A DNA stretch of 64,000 nt from an uncultured Candidatus Rokubacteria bacterium. Its GTDB lineage: Bacteria > Methylomirabilota > Methylomirabilia > Rokubacteriales > CSP1-6. The notes beneath the pieces were generated by a model. It was not told where the DNA came from. It worked only from the letters and a program-made list of their open reading frames with translations, and did no database searches. Location of the stretch: positions 64,001 through 128,000 of the forward strand of contig CAVXJS010000007.1 of NCBI GenBank assembly GCA_963762145.1, given 5' to 3'. How positions within the stretch are numbered: position 1 is the first letter of the stretch; each line of letters opens with the position of its first letter. Positions 1 to 9,632 of this stretch are shown here, in pieces. A program made the translations under genes and the position numbers.

Positions 1-1907
1 TCGTGGTTCTCGTCCGGGAAGCGCACGAACACCACCTCGCGGCCCAGCATCTTCAGCGCGACGAACAGCTGCTCGGCCTGCTCGATCGGGCAGCGCAGAT
101 CGTCCTCGGAGTGGATGATCAGCAGCGGCGTGCTTGATGTCCCGCGCGTAGGTGAGCGGCGAGCGCTCGAGGTAGCGCGCCATGTCCTCCCAGGGCAGCG
201 GGCCGCCCATCTCGACCACGTTGAAGAGGTGCCCGATGTCGCTGGTGCCGAACATGCGTCGGCGTGGCTGTTGACCGCGCGCTCCGAGCAGGCGGCCGTG
301 AAGCGGGTCGAGTGCCCCACGATCCAGCTCGTCATGAACCCGCCGTAGCTGCCGCCCATCACGCCGAGCCGCGCCGGGTCGATGCCAGTCGAAGCGTCGC
401 AGCGCCTCGTCGAGGCCGGCCATGCACGTCGGCGACGTCGCCGCCGCCCCAGTCGCCGACCACCGCGCGGGTGAACGCCTCGCCGTAGCCCTGGCTGCCG
501 CGCGGGTTGGCGTAGATCACCGCGTAGCCGGCGCCGGCGTAGACCTGGAACTCGTCGAAGAAGCCGTAGCCGTACTGGGCGTGCGGGCCGCCGTGGATGT
601 TCAGGAGCCCGGGTAGCGGCGCCGCCCGCGCTTCGCGCCGGGCGGCAGCATCACCCAGGCGTCGACGTCGAAGCCGTCCCGCTCGAAGCGGAAGCGCTCG
701 GGGCGGCTCGAGCGCGACCTCGCCTTGCCAGGCGCGGTTCAGATCGGTGAGGCGGCTGCTCGCCGCGCGCCGTCCGCCGTTGCAGACGAAGATCTCGGCC
801 GGGGCAGTCGGCTCGCTGGCCGCGAACGCGAGGAGTGCGGCCGTCCGCGGACGCCGAGAAGCCGGTGATCACGCGCTCGCCGCCGACGACGCGGCGTCAC
901 CGGCGCCGCTCGCGGCGGCACCGGTAGACGCCGAGCCGTCCCTCGGTCCTCCGCGGCCGAAGAGACGCGGCGATCCGTCGGGCGACCAGATCGGCGCCTC
1001 GCCGAGCGGCCCGCACGATCGATCGAGTCGGCGCGGACAGCGCGACGGGCGCGCCGCCCGCGACGGGACGGCGAAGCACGCGGACGTTGCGCCCGAAGGC
1101 GTTGAGCTCGCGCGCGCCCGAGGTAGGCGAGGCGTGCGCCGTCCGGCGAGAAGCGCGGGTGGCCGCGGGGCCCGCGGTGTCGGTCACGCCGGCGCGCGGC
1201 TCGCCGCCCGCTCGGCGGGCACGACCCAGATGTCGCTGCCGTCGTCGCGGTCGCGCGTCGTCGTGGCGCGCCGAGGTGAACGCGATCGCGCGGCCGTCGG
1301 GCGACCACGCGGGATCGCCGTCGACGATGTCGCCGTCGGTGATCTGGCGCGGCTCGCCGCCGTCGGCGGACACGCACGAAGACGTGCGGGCGGCGGTCGT
1401 AGGTGAAGCCCTCGCCGTTGAACCGGTACTTCATCGTGGTGATCACGCGCGCGCGGACTGGACTTGCGCCTGCTCCTCCTCGGTGGCTCGGGCTCGGGCG
1501 CGCCGCCCACTCGCGAGGCGAACGCGAGGCGCGTGCCATCGGGCGACCACGCGGGCGCGCTCACGCCGTTGGCGGAGCTCGGTGAGCCGAACCGGCTCGC
1601 CGCCGTCGGCGCGGCATGACGTGGAGCTGCGCCTTTCTTGCCGGGCTCGCGCTCGGAGATGAACGCCAGGCGGGTGCCGTCGGGCGACCAGCGCGGCGAC
1701 GGTGTCGCGCCGCGGGCCCGCCGTGAAGCGGCGCGGCTCGCCGCCCGCCGTCGCTCACCATCCAGATGTTCGAGAGGTACTCGTCGCGCTCCTCGGAGAG
1801 CTCGTGACCACGAAGGCGACCAGCCGCCCATCCGGCGAGATCTGCGGGTCGCTGACAAAGCGGATGCGGGTGAGATCCTGCGGCACCATCGCGCGCGGGG
1901 TGGGCAT
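1..1907 (-). CDS. S9 family prolyl oligopeptidase / acylaminoacyl peptidase (multiple frameshifts; 3' end runs off the window)
   Basis: N-terminal MPTPRAMVPQDLTRIRFVSDPQISPDG, PD40-like WSPDG repeats, nucleophile motif MGGSYGG near 337-360, C-terminal TPLLIIHSEDDLRCPIEQAEQLF...VRFPDENH. Assembled across several frames. Confidence 0.88.
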
Positions 1908-1936
1908 GGGGCGCATGATCCGCCAGGGTCCCCATC

Positions 1937-1966
1937 TTGACAAGCGTCGAAGCCCGGCCGTATCGT
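1937..1966 (+). promoter_or_regulatory. Putative sigma-70 promoter
   Basis: TTGACA-N18-TATCGT upstream of the ATG at 2027, which has a GGAGG RBS. Confidence 0.45.
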
Positions 1967-2026
1967 CCGGCCGACACGGTGCTCGCCGGTCCGACCCTCA
2001 CCGCGCCCTGACAGGGGAGGTTCACC

Positions 2027-3218
2027 ATGCGGCCGCTCACCTCGACGTTCCTCGCAATCCTGCTCACGCTCGCACTGGCCTTCCCGGTCCTCGCCCAGGC
2101 GCCGCCGCCCTGGAAGCAGGGGCAGCCGGCCGAGATGGCCAACTCGCCTCTGGCGCCCATCGCCCAGCCGCCCGCCCCCAAGGCGCCCGGCGAGATCCCG
2201 GTGGACAAGATCAAGGTGCCGCGGGGCTTCAAGGTCGGCGCTCTGGGCGCACGGGATCAACAATGCCCGGGTCATGGTCTGGGGCGACAAGGGCACCCTG
2301 TTCGTCAGCAGCCGCGTGGCGGGGAACGTCTACGCGGTGCTGGACAAGGGCGGCCAGCGCGAGGTCAAGGTCATCGCCAAGGGCCTCAACCGCCCAACGG
2401 GGTGGCCTTCAAGGACGGCACGCTCTACGTGGCGGAGGTGCACCGGATCACCAAGATGGAGGGGATCGAGGACAAGCTCGACAACCCGCCCGCCATGGAC
2501 GTGGTCTACGACACGCTGCCCAAGGATCTGCCGCACGGCTGGAAGTACCTGGCCTTCGGGCCGGACGGCAAGCTCTACTTCAACATCGGCGCGCCCTGCA
2601 ACATCTGCATCCCGCCCGACACCCACGCCAACATCTCGCGCGTGAACCCCGACGGCAGCGGCTTCGAGTACTTCGCGCACGGCGTGCGCAACAGCGTGGG
2701 ATTCGACTGGCATCCCGGTGACCAAGGAGCTCTACTTCGCCACCCACGCCCGCGACTGGCTCGGCGAGGACGTGCCGAGCGACCGCTTCGACCTGGCGCC
2801 GAAGAAGGGCCTGCACTTCGGCTTCCCCTACTGCCACCAGGGCGACATCCCCGATCCCGAGTTCGGCAAGGGGCGCTCCTGCTCCGAATTCGCGCCGCCG
2901 CTCATCAAGACGGGCCCCCACGTGGCCGGCAACGGCGTCGAGTTCTACACCGGCTCGATGTTCCCCGCCGAGTACAAGAACCGCGTGTTCCTGGCCCAGC
3001 GCGGCTCCTGGAACCGGACCAAGAAGAGCGGCTTCGCGGTGATGATGGTCACCCTCCGCACCGGGGACGTGCCGAAGTACGAGGTCTTCGCCGAGGGCTG
3101 GCTCCAGGGCGATCAGGTCTGGGGCCGCCCGGTCTACACCAAGCAGATGAAGGACGGCTCGCTCCTGATCGCCGACGACTACGCGGGGGCGATCTACCGG
3201 GTCACCTACCAGCCCTGA
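2027..3218 (+). CDS. PQQ-dependent sugar / L-sorbosone dehydrogenase family protein (frameshifted near 2250, 2395 and 2715)
   Basis: Signal peptide; motifs HGWKYLAFGPDGKLYFNIGAPCNIC, GVRNSVGFDWHP, HFGFPYCH, GSWNR, GRPV, DGSLLIADDYAGAIYR. Confidence 0.88.
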
Positions 3219-3220
3219 CG

Positions 3221-3831
3221 GTGCTGAGACGGGGCGCCGCCCTCCTCGCGGCCTCTCGCTCGTCGTCGCCGCTCATCGCGACGGCGCGGCGGGGCCGCGG
3301 CGCGGCCGCCGATCCCGAGGCGGGCCGGCGCAAGGCCGAGCCGTGCGCGGCCTGCCACGGCCCCGACGGCAACGCGACCATTCCCGGGCACGCCGTCCCT
3401 CGCCGGGCAGCCCGTCTACTTCACCCACTGGCAGCTCATCAAGTACCGGGACGGTCGGCGGAAGGACCCGGTGATGGCGCCGTTCGCGGCCACTTGAGCG
3501 ACGCGGACATGGCGGATCTGTCCGCCTACTACGCCGCCCAGCGCCCCGGCGCCGCCCCGTCGGCCACCGATCCGGCGCGGGTCGAGGCCGGGCGGCCGCT
3601 CGCCGAGCGCGCATCACTGCACCTCGTGTCATCGCCCCGGCCTCGTCGGACAGGAGCAGGCCGCGCGCCTCGCCGGGCAGGACCTCGACTACCTCCTGCG
3701 ACTGCTGCGCGCCTTCAAGGCCCGCACCGCCTCCGACCTCGACGGGACCATGACGGTGGCCACGCAGCCGCTCACCGACGACGGAGATCGTGAGCCTGGT
3801 GCACTTCATCGCCACGCTGGGCGAGCCCTAG
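3221..3831 (+). CDS. Di-haem cytochrome c (c4/c553-like), frameshifted
   Basis: CAACH (about 3344) and CTSCH (about 3618) haem motifs, two P(S/R)LAGQ-type motifs, LSDADMADLSAYY. Start approximate. Confidence 0.8.
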
Positions 3832-3928
3832 CGCGGGCACCGGGGACCGCCCGGCTCCGCCTTGCAAGCCGGGCCGGCATAGGAGGAAAAAATCACATCG
3901 GCGAGAATGGTGGGCAGGAGGACCCCGC

Positions 3929-4427
3929 ATGCACATCTTGACGATGACGCTCTTCGCGCTCGTGATTGTCGCTCCCGCGGTGGCCCAGGCCCAGGTGCAG
4001 GTGCACGTCGACATTGGCATTCGCCTCCCCGCTCCGCCTCGCCTGATCGTGGTGCCCCAGGTGCCCGAAGTGCGCTACGTGGCGGCCCCCGCCGCGCCGG
4101 GCAACCTGTTCTTCTACAACGGGCAGTACTGGGTTTTCGCGAGCGGCGGGTGGTACGTCAGTGGCGGCTATAACGGTCCGTGGGTCGTCGTCGCCCCCGA
4201 GTTCGTGCCGCGACCCGTCCTGTTCGTGCCGGTGCGCTACTACCACGTCCCGCCCGGCCACTGGAAGAAGTGGGCGGCCGAGCGGCCTCCGCACTGGCAG
4301 GAGGACTGGGGACGGGAGTGGGCGGAGAAGCGGGAGTGGAAGGCACGGGGGCGGGACCGTGACGACGACCGGGACGGCCATCCCGGTCAGGGGCAAGGGG
4401 AAAGGGAAGGGGCACGGGCGCGGGTAG
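3929..4427 (+). CDS. Secreted Pro/Trp-rich hypothetical protein (VPPGH motif)
   Basis: AGGAGG RBS, signal peptide, FFYNGQYW and WYVSGGYNGPW, HVPPGHW. A likely frameshift near 4390 gives a KGKGKGHGRG-stop tail. Confidence 0.65.
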
Positions 4428-4442
4428 TCCGGCCGCGTCCGG

Positions 4443-5163
4443 CTAGAGGTACCCGCGCCGGAAGATCTCGAAGACGTTCAGCGCGCCCCCGCGCCAGTAG
4501 CGATTGGCGGGCAGCGAGAAGGTTCGACGGTCCCGGTCATAGATGAGGCGCGCCGGGCGTTCCGGCTCGTTGGGGTCATAGGCCTCGAATTCCGCCCCCG
4601 CGCTGGTCCGCGCCGTCGATCACCACCATCCCGTGGTTGATGGCCAGCGACGGGAAGCGGAGCAGGTGCACGAGCGGCGCGCCGTGGTCCGCGACCGCGT
4701 TCAGGAGCTCGCCCGCGGTGCGGTGCTGATGTGCGCGCGAGACCGGGACCACGATCCGCCAGTGGCTGCGCTGCACGTAGGACCGCCACGCCCCGCCGCA
4801 GGCCGCCTTCACCACCGGCTCGCGCGCGACGCTGAGCTCCCGCAGGCCGGCGTAGCCCGGGATGACCACGCGCCACTCGGCGGGCGACGGCCGCCGCGGA
4901 GGCCGTGCGAGCACCGAGCGGATCAGCCGCCGATATGTCAGATCGTCGGCGGGCGCGTCCGCCGGCTCGAACCGGGCGTGGTAGAAGAACTGGCGCGCGG
5001 CCCGGACCAGCACGAAGCAGCGGAGCGCGTAGCGGGGCGGGGGCCGGCGGCGGACGGCGCGGGTCTGCCCCGACGCCGGGTCGAAGTGGTACTCCCACAC
5101 CAGCTCGTTCGAGAACGCGAAGGTATCGCGCCCGAAGTCGAAGCGTTGGGCCAGGGCGAGCAT
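4443..5163 (-). CDS. Hypothetical protein, possible papain-like Cys-His-Asp fold (frameshift near 4595)
   Basis: ORF 4576-5163 continues in another frame as EFEAYDPNEPERPARLIYDRDRRTFSLPANRYWRGGALNVFEIFRRGYL-stop. Confidence 0.65.
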
Positions 5164-5201
5164 CCTGGTTCGAGCCTACACCCGCGCCTCCGTCCGGGGT
5201 C

Positions 5202-5218
5202 ATTACCTTGCGGGTAAT
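5202..5218. promoter_or_regulatory. Palindromic candidate operator ATTACC-N5-GGTAAT
   Basis: Perfect 6-bp inverted repeat in the divergent intergenic gap. A second palindrome GGTCATGACC lies at 5222-5231. Confidence 0.45.
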
Positions 5219-5268
5219 TGCGGTCATGACCGGGCCCATCGACGATGAGCTCCGAAAGGAGATCACTC

Positions 5269-5553
5269 ATGGTCAACGCAACGGTGAGGGAGCTGCAGCG
5301 AAGGAACGACGCGGTGTGGGAGGCCCTCGGCGAGACGCTCGAGGGTATGGACGCGGCCGATCTCGCCCGCCGCGCCCGCATCCCCGTCTTCGGCCCGCTC
5401 CTCGGCACCGACGAGGTCCCGCTGCCCGTCTTCGTCGGCATCATGTTCGACCGTCACTGGGCCGCGCACATCGAGCAGCTCGCGAAGATCCGTCGCGCGG
5501 CCGGATTGCCCGAAGCGCAGTACACTACCCCGACCACAGGAGCCACCCGATGA
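5269..5553 (+). CDS. Short DinB/YfiT-like protein
   Basis: AAGGAG RBS; C-terminal HWAAHIEQL (HxxxH) helix; only 94 aa. Confidence 0.6.
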   Translation: MVNATVRELQRRNDAVWEALGETLEGMDAADLARRARIPVFGPLLGTDEVPLPVFVGIMFDRHWAAHIEQLAKIRRAAGLPEAQYTTPTTGATR

Positions 5554-5951
5554 GCGCGCCTACCGACCGCACGACCTTTCTCCGCCGCAGTCTCCAGCTC
5601 GATGGCATCGCCTCCGGCCTCTGCGGCGTCCTGCTCCTGGCCGCCGCGGAGCCCATCTCCGCGCTCATGGGGCTCGCGGGTCCCGGCATCGCCCGGGCGG
5701 TCGGCGGCGGCCTCGTGATCTACGCGGCCGCGCTGCTCTACAATGCCGCGCGGGCCACGGTGAGCCGGGTGGAGGCAGTGGCCGCGGTGGTGCTCAACGC
5801 CGCCTGGGTGCTCGGCAGCGCGCTGGTGATCCTGGCTGGCCCGTTGACCCTGATGGGCAACCTCGCGGTGGCCGCGGTGGCCGCCGCGGTCCTGCTGTTC
5901 ACGATGCTGGAGGTCGTCGGGCTCACGCGCCTGCGCGAGATGGCGGGGTGA
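5550..5951 (+). CDS. Hypothetical 4-TM membrane protein
   Basis: ATGA overlap with the upstream gene; FLRRSLQLDG followed by four hydrophobic segments. Confidence 0.75.
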   Translation: MSAPTDRTTFLRRSLQLDGIASGLCGVLLLAAAEPISALMGLAGPGIARAVGGGLVIYAAALLYNAARATVSRVEAVAAVVLNAAWVLGSALVILAGPLTLMGNLAVAAVAAAVLLFTMLEVVGLTRLREMAG

Positions 5952-6744
5952 CCGCGGCCCTCTACGATTTCGACGTCGACACGGCCGTGGAGGCCGTCGC
6001 GGACCATCGGTTCGCGGCGGCCATCACGGACCGCTGGAACGTGCTGGGGGGCCGGCCCAACGGCGGCTATGTCATGGGCGTCTGTCTCCAGGCTCTCACG
6101 CGCGTCATGCCGCCGCCCGATCCCCTGGTCGTCTCGGCGTTCTTCCTGCGCCCGGTGCTGCCGGGTCCCGCCGAGGTGCGGACGGCGGTCATCCGGAGCG
6201 GTCGCCGCATCGCCACCGGCGAGGCGACGCTCTACCAGGACGGCAAGGAATCCCTGCGCGTCACCGCGGCCTTCTCGGATCTCGGCCGGGCGGCGGGCCG
6301 CACGGTGGTGCTCGCGGCCCCGCCGGAGCTGCCGCCTCCGGATCAGGCGGTCGATCTCATGAGCGGCCGGGTCATCCCCGAGCTCTCGATCGCCCAGCGC
6401 GTGGAGTATCGCGTGGCGGCATGGCCCGGCTGGGCCCGTGGGGAGCCGAGCGGCCGGCCGAGCCAGGAGTTCTGGATGCGGATCGCGACGGGCGCGAGCC
6501 CGATCTGCTGAGCCTGGCCTCGCTCGTGGACGCGGCCGCGCCGCCCGTGCTCGAGCTCGGCGAGACCGCGTCCGCGACGGTCGAGCTGACCGTGCACCTG
6601 CGCGCCCACCCGGCGCCGGGCTGGCTCGCGTGCCGCGTCGCCACCCGCTTCGTGATCGGCGGCTATCACGAGGAAGACTTCGAGATCTGGGACTCGACCG
6701 GCGCCCTCGTGGCCCAGTCTCGCCAGCTCGCGCTGCTGCCCTAG
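5948..6744 (+). CDS. Acyl-CoA thioesterase family protein (double hotdog), frameshift near 6485
   Basis: W...GRPNGGY motif, DAAAPP, TVELTVH, HEEDFEIWDSTGALVAQSRQLAL. Confidence 0.85.
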
Positions 6745-6789
6745 CGGGCGGCGGCTCGCGCGTCGCGCGCGATGTTATGATCCGCGCAC

Positions 6790-7488
6790 ATGGCGGAGCC
6801 GGTGGACGACGTCGCGGGACGCATCGTGCTGATCGTGGACGCGAGCGTGCCCGCGGCCGCGCGGGCCGCCTGCGACGACGCGGCCGCCGCGCTCGCCCAG
6901 CGCGCGGGGATGCCGGTGACGCTGGCCGCGGTGCCCATCGAGACGCTCGACGCGGTCCAGCCCGTGATCCGCCGGCGCCCCGGGCAGATCAAGGACGTCG
7001 AGCCGCCCGCTCCAGACGCGATGGCGTCGGCCCCGTTCGTCTGGCGACGCGACGGTCGGCCGGACTGGAGCGCGATGTGGACCACGTTCTGCGATCTGGC
7101 GCTCCACGGCGGCCCGCCGCAGCGCGGCGCGCTCCAGGCGCTGCGCGGTCCCGATCCCGGCGAGCGTGCGGCGGGGTCGGCGCCCGAGATCGCGGCCGAG
7201 CTCCGGCGCGGCATCGAGGAGACCACCGGCCTCGCGGCTGAGCCGGCTGGGCCTGCCGACCCTGGATGGGTCGCGATCACGTGCGCGAGCGCGCGCATGG
7301 CCGCCTGGCTGTGCGCCACCATCATCCTGGAGAACGTGGACGCGCGCGCGGAGGGCCGGCGGCTCCTCGTGCCGGCAGGCCCCGGATTCGTCCTCGAGGA
7401 CCAGGTCAAGAGCGTGGTCACAGTGGTGGCGAAGACCCACCACTACTGGCGGGAGCACCTCGCATCGGGGCGGGAGACCCGATCCTGA
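6790..7488 (+). CDS. Conserved hypothetical protein (WTTFCDLALHGGPP; C-terminal KTHHYWREH), possibly metal-binding
   Basis: Clean 232-aa ORF with Cys/His motifs, overlapping the UreE-like gene. Confidence 0.7.
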   Translation: MAEPVDDVAGRIVLIVDASVPAAARAACDDAAAALAQRAGMPVTLAAVPIETLDAVQPVIRRRPGQIKDVEPPAPDAMASAPFVWRRDGRPDWSAMWTTFCDLALHGGPPQRGALQALRGPDPGERAAGSAPEIAAELRRGIEETTGLAAEPAGPADPGWVAITCASARMAAWLCATIILENVDARAEGRRLLVPAGPGFVLEDQVKSVVTVVAKTHHYWREHLASGRETRS

Positions 7489-7919
7489 TCGCGGCCCTGC
7501 CGGCTGCGCCCGGCGCGGGCGCGCTGGCCGGCCTCGAGGCCGACGCGGTCGAGCTGACCGCGCAGGAGCGGCGGCGCGCCCGGCGGCGCGTGGTCTCCCG
7601 GGCCGGGCGCGTCTTCACGCTCGCGCTGCCCGCCGGCGACGTGCTCGTGCCCGGTCGCGTGCTGCACGTGGGGCCGGGGTGGTACGTGACGGTGGAGGCC
7701 GCCGCCGAGGCGCTGCTGGCGATCACGCCGCGGACGCGGCGCGAGGGGCTGCGCGTCGCGCTCGAGGTGGGCCGGCTCCACGCCGCCCTCGCGGTGGCCG
7801 CCGGCCGTCTGCTCGTGCCCGACGAGCCCGCCGTCGAGCGGCTGCTCCGGCGCCTCGGCGTGCCCTGGGTGCGCGCCCACGAGCCGTTCCTGCCCGTGTC
7901 CTCCGGCTCGCCGCACTAA
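7482..7919 (+). CDS. ureE: Urease accessory protein UreE-like nickel metallochaperone (no clear ATG/GTG start)
   Basis: ELTAQERRRARRRV, LALPAGDVLVPGRVL, ALEVGRLH (variant of GNRH), LLVPDEPAVERLLRRLG, C-terminal PFLP...H. Confidence 0.7.
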   Translation: MLIAALPAAPGAGALAGLEADAVELTAQERRRARRRVVSRAGRVFTLALPAGDVLVPGRVLHVGPGWYVTVEAAAEALLAITPRTRREGLRVALEVGRLHAALAVAAGRLLVPDEPAVERLLRRLGVPWVRAHEPFLPVSSGSPH

Positions 7920-7927
7920 ATCGAGAC

Positions 7928-7987
7928 GTGACAAGCGGGCACGGTTCGACTAAGGTGCTCGTGCCGAATGCGGAATGGTATTCGGCA
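7928..7987 (+). promoter_or_regulatory. Candidate promoter with overlapping inverted repeat (possible IclR operator)
   Basis: GTGACA-N17-TAAGGT (7928-7956) followed by TGCCGAAT-N10-ATTCGGCA (7962-7987), upstream of an operon ending in an IclR gene. Confidence 0.4.
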
Positions 7988-8004
7988 ATGGGAATGGAGA
8001 GGCC

Positions 8005-9189
8005 ATGACGCGCGAGCGGACCATCCGGGGGCAGGTCGCGGTCGTCGGGGTGGGGGAGACGACCTACTACAAGCACGGCCGCGCGCCCGAATCCGAGTTC
8101 GCGCTGGCGCTCCAGGCCATTCTCCGGGCGTGCGAGGACGCGGGGATCGACCCCCGGCAGGTCGATGGCTTCGCCTCCTACAGCAACGACCGCAACGATC
8201 CGTCGCGCCTGGCCGCGGCCCTCGGCCTGCCCGAGCTGCGCTTCTCGAACATGCAGTGGGGCGGCGGCGGGGGCGGCGGCTCGGCGGCGGTGGGCAACGC
8301 GGCGGCCGCGGTGGCCGCGGGCTACGCCGACTGCGTCGTGGTCTTCCGTGCGCTCGCCCAGGGCCAGTTCCAGCGCTTCGGCGCCGCGCCGCCCGGCGGC
8401 ACCGTCAGCGGCGAGGCGGCGCTGACCTTCCCGTACGGGCTCATCTCGCCCGCCCAGCGCTTCGCGATGCGCGTGATGCGCTTCATGCACGATCACGGGG
8501 TGCGCCAGGAGGCGCAGCGCGCGATCGCGCTGGCCTCGTATCATCACGCGCAGGCCAACCCCAGAGCCGTCATGCACGGGCGGCCGCTCACCGCGGAGGC
8601 CTACGACGCCTCGCGGTGGATCGTCGAGCCCTTTCGCCTCTTCGACTGCTGCATGGAGAACGACGGGGCCGCCGCGCTGGTGCTGGTCTCGGCCGAGCGC
8701 GCGCGCGACCTGCGCTTGCCTCCCGCATACATCTTGGGAGTGGCGCAGGGCTCCGAGCACCGCAACGCGGCCCGCGGCCACAACGCCCCGGTCTACGCCA
8801 GCTCGAGCTTCACCACCGTGGCCCCGCATCTCTGGGCGATGGCCGGGCTCGGGCCCAAGGACGTCGACGTGGTCCAGAGCTACGAGAACTTCACCGGCGG
8901 CGTCCTCATGAGCCTGGTGGAGCACGGCTTCTTCGCGCCCGAGGAGGCGAACGACTTCCTGATCCCGGAGAACCTGATCGCGCCGGGCGGCCGGCTGCCG
9001 CTCAACACCAGCGGCGGCAATCTCGCCGAGTGCTACATGCACGGGCTCGAGCTGCAGATCGAGGCGGTGCGCCAGCTGCGCGGCGAGTCGCCCAACCAGG
9101 TGCCCGGGGCCCGGACCGCGCTGGTCATCTCGGGGCCGATGGTGACGCCGGTCTCGAGCATGCTGCTGGGCACGGAGGCGACCCGGTGA
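8005..9189 (+). CDS. Thiolase-fold lipid-transfer protein (SCP-x/Ltp2-like)
   Basis: VAVVGVGET, DCCMENDGAAALV, YENFT, LNTSGGNLAECYMHG. A GGGGGGS stretch replaces the usual thiolase catalytic Cys. Confidence 0.88.
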   Translation: MTRERTIRGQVAVVGVGETTYYKHGRAPESEFALALQAILRACEDAGIDPRQVDGFASYSNDRNDPSRLAAALGLPELRFSNMQWGGGGGGGSAAVGNAAAAVAAGYADCVVVFRALAQGQFQRFGAAPPGGTVSGEAALTFPYGLISPAQRFAMRVMRFMHDHGVRQEAQRAIALASYHHAQANPRAVMHGRPLTAEAYDASRWIVEPFRLFDCCMENDGAAALVLVSAERARDLRLPPAYILGVAQGSEHRNAARGHNAPVYASSSFTTVAPHLWAMAGLGPKDVDVVQSYENFTGGVLMSLVEHGFFAPEEANDFLIPENLIAPGGRLPLNTSGGNLAECYMHGLELQIEAVRQLRGESPNQVPGARTALVISGPMVTPVSSMLLGTEATR

Positions 9190-9632
9190 GCGGGACGAGC
9201 TATCTGCCCGCGGGCATGCCGCGCCCGGTCCCCGAGCCCGACGGCCTCGACCGGCCGTACTGGGAGGGCACGCGGGCGGGGGAGCTGCGCGTCCAGCGCT
9301 GCCGCGCCTGCCGCGGCTGGCAGTGGGGACCGGAGTGGATCTGCCATCGCTGCCTGACGTTCGATCTCGAATGGGTGACGGTCGCCCCGCGCGGCCGAAT
9401 CTATTCGTGGGAGCGGGCCTGGCATCCGGTGCATCCGGCCCTGAAAGACCACGGCCCCTACATCGTCGCGCTCGTGGAGCTGCCGGAGGCGGGCCACGTC
9501 CGGATGCTCGGCAACCTGCTCGGGGATCCCCGGCAAGACGTCCAGATCGGCGCGCCGGTCGAGGCGGTGTTCGAGCCGCACGACGAGGCCGCGCCGCCGT
9601 TCACGCTCGTCCAGTGGAGGATGACGCCATGA
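9186..9632 (+). CDS. DUF35 Zn-ribbon / OB-fold protein (ChsH2-like)
   Basis: PYWEG, QRCRAC...PEWICHRC, GRIYSW, PYIVALVEL, IGAPVEAVF. Confidence 0.9.
   Translation: MSGTSYLPAGMPRPVPEPDGLDRPYWEGTRAGELRVQRCRACRGWQWGPEWICHRCLTFDLEWVTVAPRGRIYSWERAWHPVHPALKDHGPYIVALVELPEAGHVRMLGNLLGDPRQDVQIGAPVEAVFEPHDEAAPPFTLVQWRMTP

Noticed and set aside
3852-3868. CGGCTCCGCCTTGCAA upstream of the secreted protein at 3929
   Set aside because: GG-to-GC spacing is 9 rather than 10, so it does not fit a sigma-54 promoter.
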